From assembly GCA_030537635.1 (NCBI GenBank), contig JAUNVM010000002.1, positions 47,049 to 111,048 on the forward strand: a stretch of DNA of 64,000 bases, in the 5' to 3' direction. Both the position numbers and the translations under genes were made by a program. Shown piece after piece: positions 37,456-47,870 of this stretch (position 1 is its first letter; each line of letters begins with the position of its first letter). The stretch comes from Flaviflexus sp. (lineage in GTDB: Bacteria > Actinomycetota > Actinomycetes > Actinomycetales > Actinomycetaceae). The notes under the pieces are model-generated. The model was given only the letters and a program-made list of their open reading frames with translations. It ran no database searches and was not told the origin of the DNA.

Positions 37456-38046
37456 ATGGAAGATGCGATTTACGTCCTGAAATCCGGCGGACGAGACATC
37501 AAGGGCTATGCCCTGGCCGCCGCAGCCATCCTGCTGACCATCATTATCGTGGTCGATGGCGGAGTGACGGACCTGCCGACCGGCGCCGGATTCATCGCCG
37601 CGTGCGGCGTTGGCGCCTGGGTATTCTTCCTCTCCCCCAAGGTGATCGCCGATGCCCACGGCATCACCTCGATTGGCCCGTTTCGCACCACCGTCACGCC
37701 GTGGGCCGAGGTCGAGGACGTTTTTATCCGCTGGGGCATGAAGATCGAGCGGGTCGATGGCACGGTCATCGAGGTTCCGGCCTTCCCCACCACCGGTTCC
37801 ATCACCCGCATGCGCTACGAGGGCGATGACATCGACGACTTCGCCTCCGGCACGCATGCCTACTCAACCACCTCCCGTAAGGCCGCCGCCTTCCTCCAAG
37901 ACCGCGCCCTTCACGCCGAGCAGCATTCCGCCGGTCGGCCGGCCAGCGCGCAGGCGCACTCCCGCTGGCACGCGGATAAGATCGCGGCCTGGGCTCTCGC
38001 CCTCGCCGCCCTCGCCGCCAACATCTACTGGCTGTCCACCCGGTAG
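37456..38046 (+). CDS. Small membrane protein with a PH-like (bPH) domain
   Basis: From ATG 37456: two TM helices (LAAAAILLTIIIVV, FIAACGVGAWVFFL), then ADAHGITSIGPFRTTVTPWAEVEDV, resembling bacterial PH domains. Weak call. Confidence 0.4.
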   Translation: MEDAIYVLKSGGRDIKGYALAAAAILLTIIIVVDGGVTDLPTGAGFIAACGVGAWVFFLSPKVIADAHGITSIGPFRTTVTPWAEVEDVFIRWGMKIERVDGTVIEVPAFPTTGSITRMRYEGDDIDDFASGTHAYSTTSRKAAAFLQDRALHAEQHSAGRPASAQAHSRWHADKIAAWALALAALAANIYWLSTR

Positions 38047-38258
38047 CGCCCGACACCCCACCGGCCTCGCGTAAGGGTCCCGGTCCGGCGCCCCTGCGGC
38101 CCAGCATTCCGGGCTCCGGCCCGGCTCACCGTGGCCTCATTGCCGGTGGCCTCGTTGGCTGTGGCTGCGGCAGCTGTCCACGTGCGGGGATGTCCGTGTC
38201 GGCGCACCAGGATGTGCCTGAGCTCCGTCCGTGACTGACGTTTCCGCCCCCAGATAGG

Positions 38259-38288
38259 GGTATCCCCCCGGAAGTCCGGGGGGATACC
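38259..38288 (-). terminator. Stem-loop terminator downstream of the ABC operon
   Basis: Perfect 13-bp stem GGTATCCCCCCGG / CCGGGGGGATACC with a 4-nt loop, 13 nt beyond the binding-protein stop. Confidence 0.6.
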
Positions 38289-38300
38289 AACGAGGAAGGG

Positions 38301-40052
38301 TTACTTCACCCAGCCGATGGTCTCGACGGGAACGATAGCGAAGCCGTAGGCTCCGAAGTTCGCGAGACCCTCCTTGACGGCGATGTAGTCAGGGCCGTTG
38401 TAGAGCGGGATGATGCCGTAGGTCTTGAAGGCCTCGACCTCGAGCTCGTTGGCAGCCTTGATCTGCTCGTCGCGGTCGGCGATCTTCTTCATCTCGGCGA
38501 TCTTGGCGTCCAGCTCCTCGGTGCCGGTGCCGGAACGGTTGAGGCCGGAGTCCGAGCCGTAAATCTGCTCGAAGTAGGCCACGCCGAACGGATCGGAGGA
38601 GGAGAAGGCGAGTCCGAACATGTCGAACTCCTTCTGGGTGATGACCTGCGAGAAGTCGGAGGTCGGACGCTCCTCGATCTGGAGATCGATGCCGATCGCC
38701 TTCATCATCGACTGGTAGGCGGCAGCCATGTCCTTGGAGGTCTTGGAGTCGCCGAGGACGGGCAGCATGAGGGTCAGCTTCTCGCCGTCCTTCTCACGGA
38801 TGCCATCGCCATCCTCATCGGTCCAGCCGGCCTCCTCGAGGGTCTTCTGAGCCTCGGCGGGGTTGTACTGAACCGCCTTGGAGAAGTTATCCTCGTAGCC
38901 TTCCTGGATCGAGAAGAGGGTGAACGAGCCCGGAGGGGTCTCCGAGTAGTCGATGCCCTGGAAGACGATGCCGGCGACAACCTCGCGGTTGACGCCCTCG
39001 AAGACCGCCTTGCGGACGTTGATGTCGGCAAGGTGCTCAGAATCCGAGTTGAGCATCATGAGAGCGGAGAAGGGACGGGCGCCCTTGCGGATCTCGATGC
39101 CGGACATGTCCTCGACGGCGGTCAGGCGCTCCTCGGAGCCAACGCCGGTGGCGTCGGTCTCGCCATTCTTAAAGGCGTTGAGGGAGGCCTGGGACTCCAT
39201 CTGCTTGAAGACGCGCTTATCCAGCTTGCCCTTGTCGCCCCACCACTTCTCGTTGGGAACGAAGGTTGCCTCGCCCTTCTGGAAGTCGATGTTCTCGACC
39301 TTGTACGGGCCGGCGCCCCACTCGGGGTGAACCTGCTGGATGAAGCCCTCGGCGTAGACCTCGGGATCGGCAATCGCGGGGTGCATGCCCATGTTGAACA
39401 GGCCCTGCCACCAAGCGTAGGTGCCATCAAAGGTGACGACAGCTTCCTTATCAGAGGCGCCCGCCTCGACGGACTTAATCTGCGAGTAGCCGTCGGTCGA
39501 GTTCGGGGCATAATCCTCGGACTCGCCGTTGTTCGACTTCCAGATCGCCTCGAAGGTGCGCCAATCGATCGGAGTACCGTCGTTGTAGGTGGCTTCTTCC
39601 TTGATCTTGAAGGTGACGACCGTGTTGCCGTCCACCTCATCCTCAACGACATCATCGAAGTAGGCGGGGTGGAAGTGCCAGGTGCCGTCACCATCGAAGT
39701 AGGCGAACTGGGGGTTGTACCAGCGCCACAGATCCGAGGAGTAGGCGGTCGCATCCTGGTGGAAGGGGTTCGCCTGCTCGGAAATCTCGGCAATGGCAGT
39801 GGTCAGGGTGCCACCATCCGAAACCTCGTCGTACGGGGTCTCGTTGTAGTCGTAGGTAAGGTCAGCGTTTTCGCCGCCCTCGCCTTCAGCCTCAGATTCG
39901 TCCTCGGTCTCGTCGGTGCCTTCAGCCTCCGAAGACTGAGTGTCGTCACCCGCGGGCTCCTCGGTCTTCTTCTCATCAGAGTCGCTCGAGCAAGCGGCGA
40001 GTACCAGCGATGCCGCGGCAATGGTTGCGGCAAATCGTGTCGTTCTCTTCAT
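38301..40052 (-). CDS. ABC transporter substrate-binding lipoprotein, family 5 (peptide/nickel)
   Basis: Lipobox LVLAACSS, an acidic linker, and an SBP_bac_5-like body (583 aa). Confidence 0.85.
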   Translation of the reverse strand: MKRTTRFAATIAAASLVLAACSSDSDEKKTEEPAGDDTQSSEAEGTDETEDESEAEGEGGENADLTYDYNETPYDEVSDGGTLTTAIAEISEQANPFHQDATAYSSDLWRWYNPQFAYFDGDGTWHFHPAYFDDVVEDEVDGNTVVTFKIKEEATYNDGTPIDWRTFEAIWKSNNGESEDYAPNSTDGYSQIKSVEAGASDKEAVVTFDGTYAWWQGLFNMGMHPAIADPEVYAEGFIQQVHPEWGAGPYKVENIDFQKGEATFVPNEKWWGDKGKLDKRVFKQMESQASLNAFKNGETDATGVGSEERLTAVEDMSGIEIRKGARPFSALMMLNSDSEHLADINVRKAVFEGVNREVVAGIVFQGIDYSETPPGSFTLFSIQEGYEDNFSKAVQYNPAEAQKTLEEAGWTDEDGDGIREKDGEKLTLMLPVLGDSKTSKDMAAAYQSMMKAIGIDLQIEERPTSDFSQVITQKEFDMFGLAFSSSDPFGVAYFEQIYGSDSGLNRSGTGTEELDAKIAEMKKIADRDEQIKAANELEVEAFKTYGIIPLYNGPDYIAVKEGLANFGAYGFAIVPVETIGWVK

Positions 40053-40109
40053 ATTGTTTCCTTCCGGGTGTCATCCACCATTCGGTGATGATCGCCTAGT
40101 CTACCGGTT

Positions 40110-42200
40110 TTACCGGTAGTGACACGCAACTTCGTGATCTTGTTCCACGTCGTGGCGCATAACTGGGGTCTCGGTATCACACCGAGAGCGCTTGCCCTCG
40201 TCCAATGTTGCATATAGCGGGCAACGGGTGCGGAATGCGCAACCCGGCTTCTTATCGGTCGGGCTGGGCAGATCTCCCTCGAGGAGAATCCGCTCACGGT
40301 TCTTTTCCACGTCCGGGTCCGGGACGGGAATGGCCGAGAGGAGTGCCTGCGTGTAGGGGTGGCGAGGATTCTCAAAGATCGTGTCCGTGTCGCCGTATTC
40401 GACAAACTTACCCAGGTACATAACGGCAACGCGGTCGGAGATATGCCGGATAACCGAGAGGTCGTGGGCGACGAACAGGTAGGACAGGCCGAGCTTGAGC
40501 TTGAGCTCATCAAGCAGGTTGATCATGCCGGCCTGGATGGACACGTCAAGGGCCGAGACCGGCTCATCAAGGACGATGACCTTCGGATTCGTCGCCAGTG
40601 CTCGGGCCAGGCCGATGCGCTGGCGCTGACCACCAGAGAAGTTGCCGGGGAAGCGGTCCATCTGGGTCGGGTCCAGGCCGACGAGCTGCATGAGCTCGTC
40701 CACGCGGTCCGTCACGTTCTCGTCGGTTCCGAATGCGGTGAGCGGCTCGGCAATGATTTCCTTGACGGTGAGCCGGGGATCAAGGGCGCCCATCGGATCC
40801 TGGAAGACCATCTGCACGTCTCGGCGCATCTGCCGGCGTTCCCGCCGATTGAGTTGGGAGACATCCTTCCCGGCGAGCTTGATGGTGCCCTGGGTGGCAG
40901 ACTCACCGAGATCCATGATCTCCAGCAGCGTGGTCGACTTGCCGCAACCAGACTCGCCGACAATAGCGAGGGTCTCGCCGGCACGCAGGTCGAAGTCGAG
41001 GCCGGAGACCGCGTAAACGTCCCCAACCCGTCGCTTGAGCAGCGAGCCCTTCATGAGCGGGAAGACCTTGTGTAGGTCCTCAACCTCCAGGCGCATCTCC
41101 CGCTCCGAGCGAGGCACATCGCGGAGGGTGTCCTCGGGCATTTCCGGAACCGGGTAGAGCTCCTTGCCGTCGATCATTCGATCGCGAATCTCATCGGCGC
41201 GAATGCAGGCGGCCGCATGCAGGGCATCGGAATCGCCGACCATCCGCTCCACGGGGCGCAGCGTGGGCTCGGCGGCCCGGCACTCGTCGATGGCGACGGG
41301 ACAGCGCGGGGCGAAGGGGCACTCGTCGGGCAGGTCGATGACAACCGGCGGATTACCCTCGATGGGAATAAGCGGCTGATCGCCCTTCTTGTCCACGCGC
41401 GGAATCGAGCCGAGCAGGCCGATGGTGTAGGGCATCCGGGGGGCGGAGAAGATCTCGTGCACCGGGCCGGTCTCCACCGGCTTACCGGCATACATGACGA
41501 TGACATCATCGGCCGTGGAAGCCACCACGCCCATGTCGTGCGTGATCATGATGACCGCGGCGCCGGTCTCCTCCTGGGCCGTCTTGATGACGTCGAGGAT
41601 CTGCGCCTGAATCGTGACATCAAGGGCCGTCGTCGGTTCGTCGGCGATGATGATCTTCGGATTGTTCGCAATCGCCATCGCGATGACGACGCGCTGGCGC
41701 ATGCCGCCGGAAAACTCGTGCGGGAAGGCCTTGACCCGGCGGTCCGGATTGGGGATGCCGACGAGGTCGAGCAGTTCAACGGCCCGCTTCCACGCGGCCT
41801 TCTTCGATATCCTCGACTTCTGCTGCAGCGCCTCGACCAGCTGGGTGCCCACGTCGAAGACGGGGGTGAGCGCCGAGAGCGGATCCTGGAAGATCATCGC
41901 AATGTCGGAGCCTCGATGCTTGGACATTTCCCGGTCGGACAGGCCGAGGATTTCCTTGCCCTCAAGCTTGGCCGAGCCGGTGATGCCGGCGTAGGAGGGC
42001 AGCAGGCCCATGACCGCCATCGACGTCACGGACTTACCCGAGCCGGACTCGCCGACGATGCCAAGGGTGCGTCCCTTGTGCAGATCGAAGGACACCCCGC
42101 GCACCGCCTCGACGAGGCCCGCCTCGGACGGGAACGACACGTTAAGGTCCTTGACTGAGAGGACGGGAGTGTCCACGAGGGATTCGGTCAGGTCGGTCAT
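40110..42200 (-). CDS. Fused double ATP-binding protein of a peptide ABC importer (DppD/DppF-like)
   Basis: Two Walker A motifs (GESGSGKSV, GESGCGKST), two signatures (FSGGMRQR, FSGGQRQR), and C-terminal oligopeptide-type Cys-rich tails. Confidence 0.9.
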   Translation of the reverse strand: MTDLTESLVDTPVLSVKDLNVSFPSEAGLVEAVRGVSFDLHKGRTLGIVGESGSGKSVTSMAVMGLLPSYAGITGSAKLEGKEILGLSDREMSKHRGSDIAMIFQDPLSALTPVFDVGTQLVEALQQKSRISKKAAWKRAVELLDLVGIPNPDRRVKAFPHEFSGGMRQRVVIAMAIANNPKIIIADEPTTALDVTIQAQILDVIKTAQEETGAAVIMITHDMGVVASTADDVIVMYAGKPVETGPVHEIFSAPRMPYTIGLLGSIPRVDKKGDQPLIPIEGNPPVVIDLPDECPFAPRCPVAIDECRAAEPTLRPVERMVGDSDALHAAACIRADEIRDRMIDGKELYPVPEMPEDTLRDVPRSEREMRLEVEDLHKVFPLMKGSLLKRRVGDVYAVSGLDFDLRAGETLAIVGESGCGKSTTLLEIMDLGESATQGTIKLAGKDVSQLNRRERRQMRRDVQMVFQDPMGALDPRLTVKEIIAEPLTAFGTDENVTDRVDELMQLVGLDPTQMDRFPGNFSGGQRQRIGLARALATNPKVIVLDEPVSALDVSIQAGMINLLDELKLKLGLSYLFVAHDLSVIRHISDRVAVMYLGKFVEYGDTDTIFENPRHPYTQALLSAIPVPDPDVEKNRERILLEGDLPSPTDKKPGCAFRTRCPLYATLDEGKRSRCDTETPVMRHDVEQDHEVACHYR

Positions 42201-43243
42201 GCTGTGCCTCCAGCAGAGGAGTTGGGATCAAGAGCATCGCGTAGGCCATCGGCCACCAATGCCATCGAGACGGTGAGCAGGGTGAGCGTGCCGGCCGGGA
42301 CCCAGAAGGTCCAGGGCATCGACAGTACGCCGCCGGCGCCCTGCTGCAACAGGGTTCCCAGTGAGACGTCTGGGATCTTCACGCCCAGACCAAGGAAGGA
42401 CAGGCCCGTCTCCGTCATGACGGCGGAGACGACGCCGAGCATGAGATTGATGATGAGGAGGGAGCCAATATTGGGGATCATGTGCCGCAAGATGATGACC
42501 GGCGTGGAGACGCCCATGTACTTGGCGGCAGCAACGTATTCGCGTTCGCGTACGGACATGGCTAGGGACCAGATGACGCGGGATTGGAACATCCAGCCGA
42601 AGGCGATGAGGACGATCACGAGGATCTTCCAGTCACCGCCCGAGTCGTTGACGAGCAGGGCGATGAGAAGGAACGTCGGGATAACGAGGAGGAAGTGGAT
42701 GATGCCGAGGATGACCTTCTCGGCCGTGCCGCGCAGGTAGGCGGCCGTCGTGCCGACAATCGCGGAGATGATGGTGATGCCCGAGGAGACAAGCACGGCA
42801 ATCATCAGCGAGCGGCGCAAGCCCTGAATCGTGCGCGCGTAAAGATCGTGGCCGCCGGAGTCGGTGCCAAGCAGGTGGATACCATGCCCGCCATTGGCCT
42901 CGTAGATCTCCGTATTCTCCATCTGCATCCACACGTGATCGGGGACGAGATCCTTGCGGACCATGAAGTTGGGGCGGCGCAGCTCCTCCGACAGGAGCAC
43001 GTTGAAGTCCTGGTTGATGTGGTCGTATTTCGTGAGATACGAGCCGAAGAACGCGAGGGCGACGAGCAGGACGAAGATGATGAGGCCGACCACCGCGGCC
43101 TTGTTGCGCATGAACCGGCGGCGGTACAGGGTCCACTTGGACAGGCCGTGGGTACGCTTCTTCTTGGGTGCGCGCTCCTCCGGATCGGCATCGACGGCGA
43201 TGGCGTCCTGGGCCATGTTGAGGTCTTCCGAGGGCGTTGTCAT
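42197..43243 (-). CDS. ABC transporter permease (DppC/OppC-like)
   Basis: BPD_transp_1 EAA loop REYVAAAKYMGVSTPVIILRHMIPN. 4-nt overlap with the ATPase gene. Confidence 0.9.
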   Translation of the reverse strand: MTTPSEDLNMAQDAIAVDADPEERAPKKKRTHGLSKWTLYRRRFMRNKAAVVGLIIFVLLVALAFFGSYLTKYDHINQDFNVLLSEELRRPNFMVRKDLVPDHVWMQMENTEIYEANGGHGIHLLGTDSGGHDLYARTIQGLRRSLMIAVLVSSGITIISAIVGTTAAYLRGTAEKVILGIIHFLLVIPTFLLIALLVNDSGGDWKILVIVLIAFGWMFQSRVIWSLAMSVREREYVAAAKYMGVSTPVIILRHMIPNIGSLLIINLMLGVVSAVMTETGLSFLGLGVKIPDVSLGTLLQQGAGGVLSMPWTFWVPAGTLTLLTVSMALVADGLRDALDPNSSAGGTA

Positions 43244-43244
43244 G

Positions 43245-44252
43245 TCAGCTCACTCTCACTCGCGGGTCGAGGGCGACCACGAACATGTCGGCAAGGACCG
43301 CGCCAATCGCGGTGGTGACCGCGCCGAAGGCGGCCACCGCAACAACGCCGTGCACGTCGTTCTTTCCCAGCGTGTCAATGAAGTACCGGCCCATACCATT
43401 CCAGGCGAAAATCGTCTCGGTCATGATCGCGCCGGTGAAGACCGCGGGAATGGAGAAGGCGACCGAGGTGGCAACCGGAATGATCGAGGTGCGCAGCGCG
43501 TGCTTGCGGATCGCGGTATTGCGGGTCATACCCTTCGCCCGGGCGGTGCGCACATAGTCGGCCGAAATGTTGTCCAACAGCAGGGTGCGCTGGGTCATGT
43601 GGTAACCGGCGTAGGAAATAAGAATGAGCGACAGGGTGGGCAGGGTGAGGTGCCGGATGATATCGAGGAGAACGGGGAAAAAGCCGTGCACACCCGTCGT
43701 TGACGCCCCGGTCGTATAGAAGAATCTCGTACCCCAGGTCGCCTCGGTCCAGTCATTGAACTTCACCGCCACGGTGACGATGAGGTAGGAGGCAACGACA
43801 ATGTGAATATTCATCGTGATGATGGAGATGCCCTGCCACACGCGGTCGGCGAGCTTGTACTGGCGGGAGGCCGTGTACACGCCAATGGCGACGCCGATGA
43901 TGACGGCGAGGAAGGTGCCGGCGAGCACCAGCTGGGCGGACACCCACATCCGGTAGGAGACCTCGGAGGTGATCGGCACACCGGTCGGGGACTTACCCCA
44001 GTCCCAATGGAGGACGATGCCCTTGAGCCAGGTCCACCACCGCTCCATCACCGGGGTATCCGGATTGAGGTTGAAGCCGTCAAGCTTGGCCTTGGCATCA
44101 CTGATCTGCTGCTCGAGCGTCTTACCATCGCGACGGCCCAGGTAGTTGGACACCGGGTCGAGGAAGCGCACCGCCAAGAAGTACGTGACATTGGTAGCCA
44201 CGACAATCATGGCGGCCCACATGGCGATGGTCCGCGCCAGATACTTAATCAC
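43245..44252 (-). CDS. ABC transporter permease (DppB/OppB-like)
   Basis: ADYVRTARAKGMTRNTAIRKHALR (EAA loop). GTG start with AGGGAGA Shine-Dalgarno. Confidence 0.9.
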   Translation of the reverse strand: MIKYLARTIAMWAAMIVVATNVTYFLAVRFLDPVSNYLGRRDGKTLEQQISDAKAKLDGFNLNPDTPVMERWWTWLKGIVLHWDWGKSPTGVPITSEVSYRMWVSAQLVLAGTFLAVIIGVAIGVYTASRQYKLADRVWQGISIITMNIHIVVASYLIVTVAVKFNDWTEATWGTRFFYTTGASTTGVHGFFPVLLDIIRHLTLPTLSLILISYAGYHMTQRTLLLDNISADYVRTARAKGMTRNTAIRKHALRTSIIPVATSVAFSIPAVFTGAIMTETIFAWNGMGRYFIDTLGKNDVHGVVAVAAFGAVTTAIGAVLADMFVVALDPRVRVS

Positions 44253-44718
44253 GTAAAGATCTCCCTACGCTTAGGCTGGCCCAGCGAAAGGACCGGGGAG
44301 ACGGACCGAATCGGCCCGACAGTCATTCCGTTTTTCATACCAGCACATTCTCCTAGCTGTACCCGCGGTCACTGCCGCATGTACGTTAGTTAGTTTTATA
44401 CCCGCTCGGGAGCGGATCCCAAACTTGGCCGACTCGCAGTGAGTATGCCACAGATCACCGGGACGTGCCTCCGCAACGGCGAAAGTCTACAAACTGCGCG
44501 GTAAACCCGTGATATGTGCTCCATTCATGTGACCAAATGATTATACAGGGAATGCGCCACTCAGCACCCACAAAAGCCGGGGAATTTGACGTGAAATTGC
44601 TGGTCACGCACGCGGACTCACCTGACTGCTCGGTATTTCGTCAAGAATTTATGCGGTAATTCTGGAGTGCATTCGCTACGAACTCCGTGCGATAGAGATG
44701 CTATAACTGCCTGCCGAC

Positions 44719-45972
44719 CTAGAAGGTAGCGATGTAGGCGGCGAGTGCCCCGGCCATGGCCCGAATATCGGCAACGTGGGAGAGCTCGCGGACCGAGTGC
44801 ATGGACAGCAGCGGGGCGCCCACGTCGACGGTGCGGATGCCCAGGCGGGTGGCGGTCAGCGGGCCGATGGTCGAGCCGCAGGGGACGTCGTTGCGTGAGA
44901 CGAAGTCCTGGGTGGGTACCTCGGCCTCGCGGCAGGCGGCCTTCCACAGGGCCACGCCCTTCGCATCGGTCGTGTACGCCTGGTTGGCATTGTATTTCAG
45001 CAGCGGGCCCTTCCCCAGCAGCGGGGTGTGGTCCGGGTCGTGCTTCTCCGGATAGTTGGGGTGGATGGCGTGGCCGCAGTCGGCGCTCACGCAGCTGGAC
45101 CGAGCAAAGGCCCGCTGGAGGGATTCTTCGTCCGCGACGCCGAGCGCGGCTGCGGTGCGGCGAAGCACGGTCTCCAGCAAGGGTCCGCGAGCGCCCGTGG
45201 CCGTACCCGAGCCGATTTCTTCGTGATCGAAGCAGGCGAGGATGGCCACCGCACCGTTGTTGGCCTGAAGCGATTCGAAGGCGGTGAGCCCGGCGTGCAC
45301 GGACAGCAGATTGTCCTGGCGTCCGGCGGCGAAGAATTCATCATCGGGGCCGACGTGGGCAGGCTCGTCGAGGTCGTAGGCGACGAGATCGAATCCGTCG
45401 ATGTCGGACTGGTCGATGCCGGCGAGGGCGGCCAGATCCCCCATGAGCTCTCGCTCCCCGGTGGCGAGCAGGGGCTGCAGATGCTGCTGTCGGCCGAGCT
45501 CAATTCCCTTCCCGGCCTCGCGGTCGAGGTGGATGGCAAGCTGCGGGATCACCATGATCGCACCGGTGCGCACGAGGTGCTCGGTCCCGCCGGCCATGAG
45601 CCGGCCGGCGATACCGAGATCGCGGTTGAGCCAGGAGTTGGGCAGCAGACCACCATAGGTTTCGACGTTGACCGAGGTGTAGCCGGAGCGGTTCGACGTG
45701 ATGGTCGGCTTGACCTTGAAGGTCGGGGAGTCGGTGTGCGCGCCAACGATGGCGAAGCGGAGATCGGTGACGTTCTCGGGAACCCACCAGGCCATGACCG
45801 CGCCATCACGCACGAGCACGTGACCACCCGGCGTCGCATCCCACTCCTCGGTTTCCTCCTGGCGGCGATATCCGGCCTCCTCCAGTCGGCGGGCCACCTC
45901 GGTGGCGGCGTGGTAGGAGGAGGGGCTGGCAGTGATAAAGCGGGCGTAGTCCCGGCTGTGTTGTCCGATCAT
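44719..45972 (-). CDS. M18 family aminopeptidase (aspartyl aminopeptidase-like)
   Basis: FITASPSSYHAA..; IVGAHTDSPTFKVKP; FDHEEIGS; PCGSTIGP; SMHSVRE are M18 metal and active-site motifs. Confidence 0.85.
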   Translation of the reverse strand: MIGQHSRDYARFITASPSSYHAATEVARRLEEAGYRRQEETEEWDATPGGHVLVRDGAVMAWWVPENVTDLRFAIVGAHTDSPTFKVKPTITSNRSGYTSVNVETYGGLLPNSWLNRDLGIAGRLMAGGTEHLVRTGAIMVIPQLAIHLDREAGKGIELGRQQHLQPLLATGERELMGDLAALAGIDQSDIDGFDLVAYDLDEPAHVGPDDEFFAAGRQDNLLSVHAGLTAFESLQANNGAVAILACFDHEEIGSGTATGARGPLLETVLRRTAAALGVADEESLQRAFARSSCVSADCGHAIHPNYPEKHDPDHTPLLGKGPLLKYNANQAYTTDAKGVALWKAACREAEVPTQDFVSRNDVPCGSTIGPLTATRLGIRTVDVGAPLLSMHSVRELSHVADIRAMAGALAAYIATF

Positions 45973-46173
45973 GGCTCCACGCTATCAGGGCCGCCACCTG
46001 CCCAGGCGGCTCACCGGCCCACACATCCCCGCTCCCCCGGCCGCTCGGCGAGCAGCGCTCTTATCGACTTCAGCTGTGTGCTCTGCGGTTGCCGGGTCCG
46101 CGAGACCGGTCAGGCCACGTGGGTCGGCTTCGGCCGGGCTGCAGACCGTCAATATCCGCTGCATGCGGGCGGA

Positions 46174-47265
46174 CTAATTGAACTTTGATTCGGAGAGGAC
46201 AGCGGTGGCGCGGTGGCTCTGGCCGGACTCGTCGATCCAGGAGATGGTGACGGAGTCTCCGAGGTTCATGGCGGAAATAATGTCAGACAGGTCGGTGAGG
46301 TGGACGATCGTGGTGCCATCCACCTCGGTGATGATGTCACCGGCGGCGAGGCCAATCTGCTCGGCGGCCGATCCCTCGTGCACCTCGATGACTCGGATCT
46401 TCCCATCTCGCATGCCATAGGTGATGCCGAGGGCGGGCTTGCGGCCAAGCACAATATCGTCCGAGTCGATTTCGCCGACGATCTTGCCCGCGATATTGAG
46501 CGCATCCTTGATTGGCACAGCGTAGCCGTCAATATCTTCCGTGGCGAAGGAGGAAGCGGAGGTGATACCGATAACCTCGCCGCGGCCGTTGATGAGCGGG
46601 CCGCCGGAGTATCCCGGAACGACGTCGGCATCGGTGCGGATCAGCCCCTCCATCTCCGAGAAGATCGAGGGATCGAGCGGATCGGTGACGTCAATGTCAA
46701 CATCGAGGCCGGTCACCCGGCCGGCCACGGCTGACAGGTGGCCGGCCCCGGAGCCATTGCCGATCGCGGCAACCGGGTCCCCGAGAGCGGCCTGACGTTC
46801 GGAGATGTGGACGGTGGGATAGTCATGGCTCAGCTCGTCGAGCTGGAGAAGAGCGACGTCATGGGTGGCATCAAAACCGAGCATGGTGGCCGGGTGACTG
46901 CGCCGCTCCCCGACAATCTCGACAACAAAGTCGGAGGTGTCGGCAACGACGTGATAGTTGGTGAGCACCAGTCCGCCGGGCGTGATGATCATGCCGGTGC
47001 CGGCCCCGGGGCCGGCGAGGGTCTCGCCCCAGATCAGAACGATGCCGTCGGCGCGGATGACCCGCTGTCCGGGCCCGGCGCCCGGGCCGGCAGATCCGGC
47101 CTCGAGAATCTCCTCGAGGCTGCCATCCTTGAGCATGAGCGGGGCAAGCTCGAGAAGCGGCGGGGCCTCCCGCCCGGCCACGGTGCCGGCTCCGGCGCCG
47201 ACAAACAGGGTGAACAGCAAGGCCAGGGCGCCGGCCAGGCGCCCCGAGCCCCGCTGCCCGCTCAT
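46174..47265 (-). CDS. Secreted trypsin-like serine protease with a C-terminal PDZ domain (S1C/HtrA-like)
   Basis: Triad contexts TNYHVV, HDVALLQL and GYSGGPLI. PDZ region GSAAEQIGLAAGDIITEVDG. I chose the start at ATG 47265, which overlaps the GNAT stop (ATGA). Confidence 0.85.
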   Translation of the reverse strand: MSGQRGSGRLAGALALLFTLFVGAGAGTVAGREAPPLLELAPLMLKDGSLEEILEAGSAGPGAGPGQRVIRADGIVLIWGETLAGPGAGTGMIITPGGLVLTNYHVVADTSDFVVEIVGERRSHPATMLGFDATHDVALLQLDELSHDYPTVHISERQAALGDPVAAIGNGSGAGHLSAVAGRVTGLDVDIDVTDPLDPSIFSEMEGLIRTDADVVPGYSGGPLINGRGEVIGITSASSFATEDIDGYAVPIKDALNIAGKIVGEIDSDDIVLGRKPALGITYGMRDGKIRVIEVHEGSAAEQIGLAAGDIITEVDGTTIVHLTDLSDIISAMNLGDSVTISWIDESGQSHRATAVLSESKFN

Positions 47266-47870
47266 TGCGCAGCGCCCGGCAAATCTGCGGCCGGCCGCCA
47301 CATGACAATCTCGGAATGGGGACCCGGCGAGGGCGAGGCGCCCAGCGCGAAAAAGCCCTTGTCCCGGTAGAGCCGGGCCGAGCGGGTGGACGAGGCCTCG
47401 AGCATAATCGCGTCGCCGCCGCAGCGATCAATTCCGTGCTCGAGAAGCATCGAGCCGACCCCCTGACCCCTTGCCTCCGGGCTCACGGCGAGCGTGAACA
47501 GGTACCAGCAGGGAAACGGCAGCTTGACCTTCGACAGGTGGTATTCGTAGGCGAGCATGTCGGCAGCCGCCAGGCCGGCGCTCGGTAGCACGGCAAGCAG
47601 GCGAGCATTGACCGAGGCGGACACATGGACCTTGGGTGGCTCCCAGCTGGCCGCCCCGAGCAGCCGCCCCTTGTCATCGCGCACCGTGTCGATGACTCCG
47701 CGCGGAAGGTAGTGCTCGGTGAGGAGAATCGTGAATACCTTGGCGAGCAGGGCACGTGGGTTCTTGGCTCGACGCACCACCCACCCCACGGAGGGATCGG
47801 CAGCGAACGTGGTCGCGTACAGATCGACAATCTCCGGCAGATCGTCCTTGGTGGCTTCCGCCCGGATCAC
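47262..47870 (-). CDS. GNAT family N-acetyltransferase
   Basis: Acetyl-CoA motif LAVSPEARGQGVGSMLLEHG. 4-nt overlaps with both flanking genes. Confidence 0.7.
   Translation of the reverse strand: MIRAEATKDDLPEIVDLYATTFAADPSVGWVVRRAKNPRALLAKVFTILLTEHYLPRGVIDTVRDDKGRLLGAASWEPPKVHVSASVNARLLAVLPSAGLAAADMLAYEYHLSKVKLPFPCWYLFTLAVSPEARGQGVGSMLLEHGIDRCGGDAIMLEASSTRSARLYRDKGFFALGASPSPGPHSEIVMWRPAADLPGAAQ

Noticed and set aside
37384-37857. 158-codon N-terminal extension of the typA ORF in the track, and similar extensions at 51256-51888 (tpx), 49352-49801 (LD-carboxypeptidase), 56421-56627 (patatin), 30706-30939 (NUDIX) and 37273-37455 (PH-like protein)
   Set aside because: The family-typical N-termini begin at internal Met codons. 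The extensions overlap neighbouring genes or promoter regions and look like non-coding translation.
45973-46173. Small ORFs (e.g. 45971-46177) and weak hairpins in the gap between the M18 aminopeptidase start and the protease stop
   Set aside because: The translations are Pro/Arg/Ala-rich with no start context. The stems are at most 5 bp. This is most simply a promoter and terminator spacer.
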